Source: Thermodesulfovibrionales bacterium (GTDB lineage Bacteria > Nitrospirota > Thermodesulfovibrionia > Thermodesulfovibrionales > SM23-35). Taken from it: a stretch of 53,245 nt of DNA. Under the pieces are notes generated by a model. The model had not been told where the DNA came from. It saw only the letters and a program-made list of their open reading frames with translations, and did no database searches. Below, piece by piece: positions 49,542 to 53,245 of the stretch (position 1 is its first letter; the number at the start of each line of letters is the position of its first letter). The stretch spans positions 1 to 53,245 of the forward strand of contig CAVQRT010000033.1 of assembly GCA_963715195.1 (NCBI GenBank). Reading direction: 5' to 3'. A program made the translations under genes and the position numbers.

Positions 49542-49994
49542 ATGGGGGAAGAAGACATCCAATTCATGAAAGTGGCTCTTAAAGAAGCACATATCGCATT
49601 TGCCGAAGGCGAAGTCCCTGTGGGTTCAGTCCTGGTGATAGATGATACGGTAATCGCGAAAGCACATAATAATAAAGAGTGTTTGCAAGATCCGACAGGA
49701 CACGCAGAGCTCCTTGCACTCAAATCCGGAGCATGTGAAATTGGCAACTGGAGACTGACGGATGCAACGCTCTATGTTACGAAGGAACCGTGCATCATGT
49801 GTGCTGGGGCAATGGTAAATGCCAGGTTAAGGAGACTTGTATACGGTTGCAGGGATGAAAAAGGCGGTGCCGTTGACAGTCTCTATACCCTGCTCTCAGA
49901 CAAAAGACTGAACCATCAGGTTGATGTTGTTTCAGGAGTTCTTGAAGAAGAATGTGCGGAAATACTGACAAGATTTTTTCGAGAGAAGAGATAA
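49542..49994 (+). CDS. tadA: tRNA adenosine(34) deaminase
   Basis: GEVPVG, DPTGHAE, NWRL, EPCIMCAGA and FF at the C-terminus. Confidence 0.93.
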   Translation: MGEEDIQFMKVALKEAHIAFAEGEVPVGSVLVIDDTVIAKAHNNKECLQDPTGHAELLALKSGACEIGNWRLTDATLYVTKEPCIMCAGAMVNARLRRLVYGCRDEKGGAVDSLYTLLSDKRLNHQVDVVSGVLEEECAEILTRFFREKR

Positions 49995-50000
49995 GGAGTA

Positions 50001-50260
50001 TAAAATCCTAAATTCTAAGAGAACTGAATATTCGTTTTTGTTGGCGTTCCCGCTTGTCGGGAATCCCTACGACTATTTGCAATCGTGAAAAAAGATTCCG
50101 GCCAAACAGGAATAACAGCACTATGGAACTGCGGCAAAGACCGCAGAGTGTAAAACTCACGAGGTATTATAATAAAATCTCCGCAGCACAAAAATATAGA
50201 CAACATTTGTGAGCTTTGATATTTTTATTGAGAATTTAGATATTAGGATTTAGGATTTTA
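50001..50260. mobile_element. MITE-like element with 18-bp terminal inverted repeats and a nested REP-like element
   Basis: TAAAATCCTAAATTCTAA (50001-50018) and TTAGGATTTAGGATTTTA (50243-50260) are inverted with one mismatch and built of 7-nt units. No credible coding content. Confidence 0.5.
50043..50117. repeat. REP-like element, inverted relative of 3443-3517
   Basis: Reverse complement TGTTATTCCTGTTTGGCCGGAATCTTT...GGATTCCCGACAAGCGGGAAC aligns with TGTCATTCCGGCTTGTCCGGAATCTTT...GGATTCCCGAC...GCGGGAATG. Confidence 0.6.
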
Positions 50261-50264
50261 CAGT

Positions 50265-50354
50265 GGAGAGGTGCCAGAGTGGTTGAATGGGACGGTCTCG
50301 AAAATCGTTGTGGGGGCAACTCCACCCAGGGTTCGAATCCCTGCCTCTCCGCCA
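50265..50354 (+). tRNA. tRNA-Ser(CGA)
   Basis: Acceptor stem GGAGAGG/CCTCTCC, anticodon arm ACGGT-CTCGAAA-ATCGT, long variable arm, GGTTCGAATCC and encoded CCA. Confidence 0.96.
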
Positions 50355-50396
50355 TTGACCATATAAAATATTATTTGAACCCTTTATATAACACCG

Positions 50397-51305
50397 GTGG
50401 ATAATAACCGAACTATTAACATATTGCTGATCGAAGACTGCCGTGCAGATTGCTGCCTCATGGAGGGCATGCTGAAAGATTCCGATATTCTTCATTTCGA
50501 TATCGAAACCGTTAGTACCCTTTCAATTGGTACCGCCCGTCTTTCCGAGAAAAAGTTTGATGTCGTGATCCTTGACCTCGGACTGCCCGAGAGCAGTGGA
50601 ATGGACACCCTGAAAAAAATGCTTGTGCATAATTTAGAGGTACCAATCATCGTGCTCACCGGACGAGATGACGACCAATTGGGCATGGAGGCAGTCAAGG
50701 AAGGAGCACAGGATTATCTTTCAAAAGGTCAGCTGGATAAAAACTGGCTTGCACGTTCAATACGCTATGCGGTCGAGCGCCACCGTCTCCTCGCTGAATT
50801 GCACAAGCAGTCATTGAAGGATTATCTCACCGGCCTCAACAACAGACGTGGGTTTTTTCTTCTTGCTCAGCAACACACAAAACTTGCAAAACGGATGAAG
50901 AGATCGGTTCTGTTTGTTATTGCTGATCTTGACGGCATGAAAAAGATTAACGACACCTTTGGCCATGAAGCGGGTGATCAGGCACTAATTAAAACCGCCG
51001 ATATCTTAAAAAAAACATTTCGTGATGCCGATATCCTCGGAAGGATCGGCGGCGACGAATTTGCAGTTTGTATCATGGAAGATGATACCTCGACTGCAGA
51101 GGTTATTACCGAACGTTTGGAGGAAAATATCCAGGTAGCCAACAATATGAAAACAGTGCCGTATGAACTTTCCATCAGTGCAGGCATAGCCCGATTTGAA
51201 TCAGATTCGCAGAACTCATTCGAACAGATGCTCGCTCAGGCAGATGCACTGATGTATGAAAAAAAACGAAGCAGGCAACAGTATCTGCAGACAAAAAAGT
51301 TCTAA
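50397..51305 (+). CDS. Receiver-GGDEF diguanylate cyclase
   Basis: LLIED, LDLGLP, DYLTGLNNRR and RDAD (RxxD I-site) before GGDEF. Confidence 0.92.
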   Translation: MDNNRTINILLIEDCRADCCLMEGMLKDSDILHFDIETVSTLSIGTARLSEKKFDVVILDLGLPESSGMDTLKKMLVHNLEVPIIVLTGRDDDQLGMEAVKEGAQDYLSKGQLDKNWLARSIRYAVERHRLLAELHKQSLKDYLTGLNNRRGFFLLAQQHTKLAKRMKRSVLFVIADLDGMKKINDTFGHEAGDQALIKTADILKKTFRDADILGRIGGDEFAVCIMEDDTSTAEVITERLEENIQVANNMKTVPYELSISAGIARFESDSQNSFEQMLAQADALMYEKKRSRQQYLQTKKF

Positions 51306-51597
51306 CAAAAAGAAGATTTAAGTTATTGATTCTCAAAGAGCCCGTTATTCGTCCTAAAGGATAAAGTTCTTATTTTTCGGGTGAAAGACAACCAAGTCCT
51401 TACATTCGTAAACAATAAAGTTCTTCCCTTTTTAAGCTCCGGGGTAATTTTTTGATTTCGCTAACATTCTGAGAGCAGTCTGAGGTATTTCGAAGGCGTT
51501 TAGTCCTTCAAATACTCACATCGACGACTTTCCCATCGGTACGCATTACTACAGGTAATTAATACTACGGACGATTTCAGATAAGACGTAATATGGT

Positions 51598-52182
51598 TTA
51601 TATCTTTAATTGCACATTAATAAAATCAGTTATTTCCTGGAGCTCATCGCTGGTAAAGTTAATGGAGATTTTTGATTTTTTTTCATCGATCAACCTATCC
51701 ACCTTATCAATGACACCTATTATATCTGCTGCCGAAAGGTTCAGTCTCCGGATTGTCTTTTCGTTGCCAGTCTTTTGATACAGAACTTCCAGCAAGTCCT
51801 CAAGGTCTTCCGCTGATATTTTCAATCTGAAGGACTGAAGCGCTGGTGTGCTAATCGATATACAGCCATCTCTCTGTGAAAGGGTAAACAACCAAGAATC
51901 AATCTCTTTGATCACTTCTTCATCATGCCTATGGCTGCAGGTGTTATTGTCCCTGGGCTGTACATCATGACTCTCCGATTGACTCAGTAAGGACTGAGTT
52001 TGATCATTTGTGCAACCCGATGGGATATCGACAGACTGTTCAACATCTCCCGAAGCATGTTGATAGTCCTTCAGTTCTTGTTTCATGAGAACACCCCCTT
52101 TACTGGATTGGCCGCATTCGCAATTGATAAAGGGGTCATGATTTTCGCGACTACATGATGGACATTTCCATGACATGACCAT
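51598..52182 (-). CDS. Hypothetical protein with an N-terminal zinc-ribbon-like motif
   Basis: WKCPSCSRENHDPFINCECG, a low-complexity linker and a helical C-terminus. SD AAGGGAG. Confidence 0.6.
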   Translation of the reverse strand: MVMSWKCPSCSRENHDPFINCECGQSSKGGVLMKQELKDYQHASGDVEQSVDIPSGCTNDQTQSLLSQSESHDVQPRDNNTCSHRHDEEVIKEIDSWLFTLSQRDGCISISTPALQSFRLKISAEDLEDLLEVLYQKTGNEKTIRRLNLSAADIIGVIDKVDRLIDEKKSKISINFTSDELQEITDFINVQLKI

Positions 52183-52484
52183 TCTCCCTTATGATTCAAT
52201 TGCATTAACCTTCAGATATTCAGCAGAAAAACTATCTGAGGATATCGAACCATCGTTACTTCAATGCTGCCATAATTCAGAAAGGAGTACCGTGATAAAA
52301 ATCACCAAACATATGGGGATCTTCCTTCTATCAGGACCTTACGGGACGTCTGCTTTAGGAAGAAATCGAACCGTGAGCATCAACTTCTTGGAGCATAAGT
52401 TCGTATATTAAATGCTCTATGGCGAAACTGTTGACAAAGCTCCTGTTCTTACTGCAAGTTAGAGCAAGCCTATCTGAGAGAAAT

Positions 52485-52757
52485 ATGTTAGAGAGAAGAA
52501 AACATCAACGAGATGACCTGATGGAAGTTTTAAACTGTGCTCCTTTGCCGAACATTTCTGGTTCCATTTTCAGGGGATTGATACAAGACTACAGCAATTC
52601 AGGATTATGCCTAATAACGAATCGGGCTATTGAAAAAGGGCAAGAAATTATTGTCAATCACCGTATCATGCCATCTTCAAAGAGGGCTACCGTCAAATGG
52701 CAACAAAATATTAGCGAGGTTGCCTATAAGGTTGGGATAGAGTTCAAAAGAGAATGA
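52485..52757 (+). CDS. Stand-alone PilZ-domain protein
   Basis: RRKHQR (RxxxR), DYSNSG (DxSxxG) and VKW...VGIEF. Confidence 0.8.
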   Translation: MLERRKHQRDDLMEVLNCAPLPNISGSIFRGLIQDYSNSGLCLITNRAIEKGQEIIVNHRIMPSSKRATVKWQQNISEVAYKVGIEFKRE

Positions 52758-52776
52758 ACTCAAAGTAAAATTCCAT

Positions 52777-53160
52777 ATGACTTCCCGATCGAAAAAGAAA
52801 GCCAAAGACCATCCCCTCCTTTGGGTTGTTGAATCTCTGATGGAAGTACCAAGTTATTTAGCAAAACCCATGTTTGGATGTCTTGGGATTTATCTGCATG
52901 GGAGGCTTATGCTTGTTCTTGCGTCAGGAGAAGAACCATGGGATGGTTTATTGATCCCAACTGAACATCAGTTTCATGATGCTATTCTGAAAGAGTTCAG
53001 AGATGTCGTTCAACATTCTGTCCTGAAAAAATGGCTATATTTGCCTGAAGCAACGGAGGATTTTGAAACATTGGCTTCCGATATCGTTGAGGCAGTCAAG
53101 ATGAATGATCAGAGGTTTGGGGTCGAACCACAGGAAAAAGTTTCTCGAAAAAAGAAGTAG
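52777..53160 (+). CDS. TfoX-like conserved hypothetical protein
   Basis: KPMFGCLGIYLHGRL and KWLYLP resemble the TfoX N-terminal fold. Confidence 0.6.
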   Translation: MTSRSKKKAKDHPLLWVVESLMEVPSYLAKPMFGCLGIYLHGRLMLVLASGEEPWDGLLIPTEHQFHDAILKEFRDVVQHSVLKKWLYLPEATEDFETLASDIVEAVKMNDQRFGVEPQEKVSRKKK

Positions 53161-53245
53161 CTTCTTCAGGGTGAGAACAAAAAAATTCTTCATGAACGTT
53201 GCAGGAATCGGCTATCTTTTCTGGTCAATAGTGCACCTGATACTC

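Noticed and set aside
50250..50495. 81-aa minus-strand ORF
   Set aside because: It is an antisense translation of the tRNA (WRRGRDSNP) and the DGC start.

Overview
Gene-dense bacterial chromosomal window from an anaerobe. Gene content and order suggest Nitrospirota/Thermodesulfovibrionia or a deltaproteobacterium-like lineage; this is inference. Left to right: a frameshift-broken PrsT-like TPR lipoprotein and a pseudo-receiver behind a sigma-54 promoter; four-subunit pyruvate:ferredoxin oxidoreductase (porCDAB); a NuoE/F/G-like (HydCBA/Bfu-type) flavo-FeS module with no third catalytic site and an enlarged NuoF; yicC-remA-gmk-rpoZ-coaBC-TPR-aroQ-pepQ; an ~8.5 kb insert (two-component system, DUF2318, MacB-type ABC transporter, fadL plus acyl-ACP synthetase); efp-accB-accC-thiE-livK-nitroreductase-pfkA; rluD; an 11-subunit complex I operon lacking nuoEFG (nuoABCDHIJKLMN); a divergent fused NfnAB; HD protein; tadA; tRNA-Ser(CGA); and a c-di-GMP region. 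The strongest candidate for a new system is the complex I. NuoD carries an ~90 aa inserted 2x[4Fe-4S] domain resembling the NuoF/HydB C-terminal domain. NuoB has an in-frame TGA at the first Cys of the N2-ligating CC motif, inside a perfect 9-bp stem. A possible electron-bifurcating input module, NfnAB and POR lie in the same window. I also found three unannotated microproteins, several REP/MITE-like elements and a recurring short-leader promoter layout. Single-base frameshifts, including one in gmk, look like sequencing errors. All calls come from reading the sequence; no searches were run.
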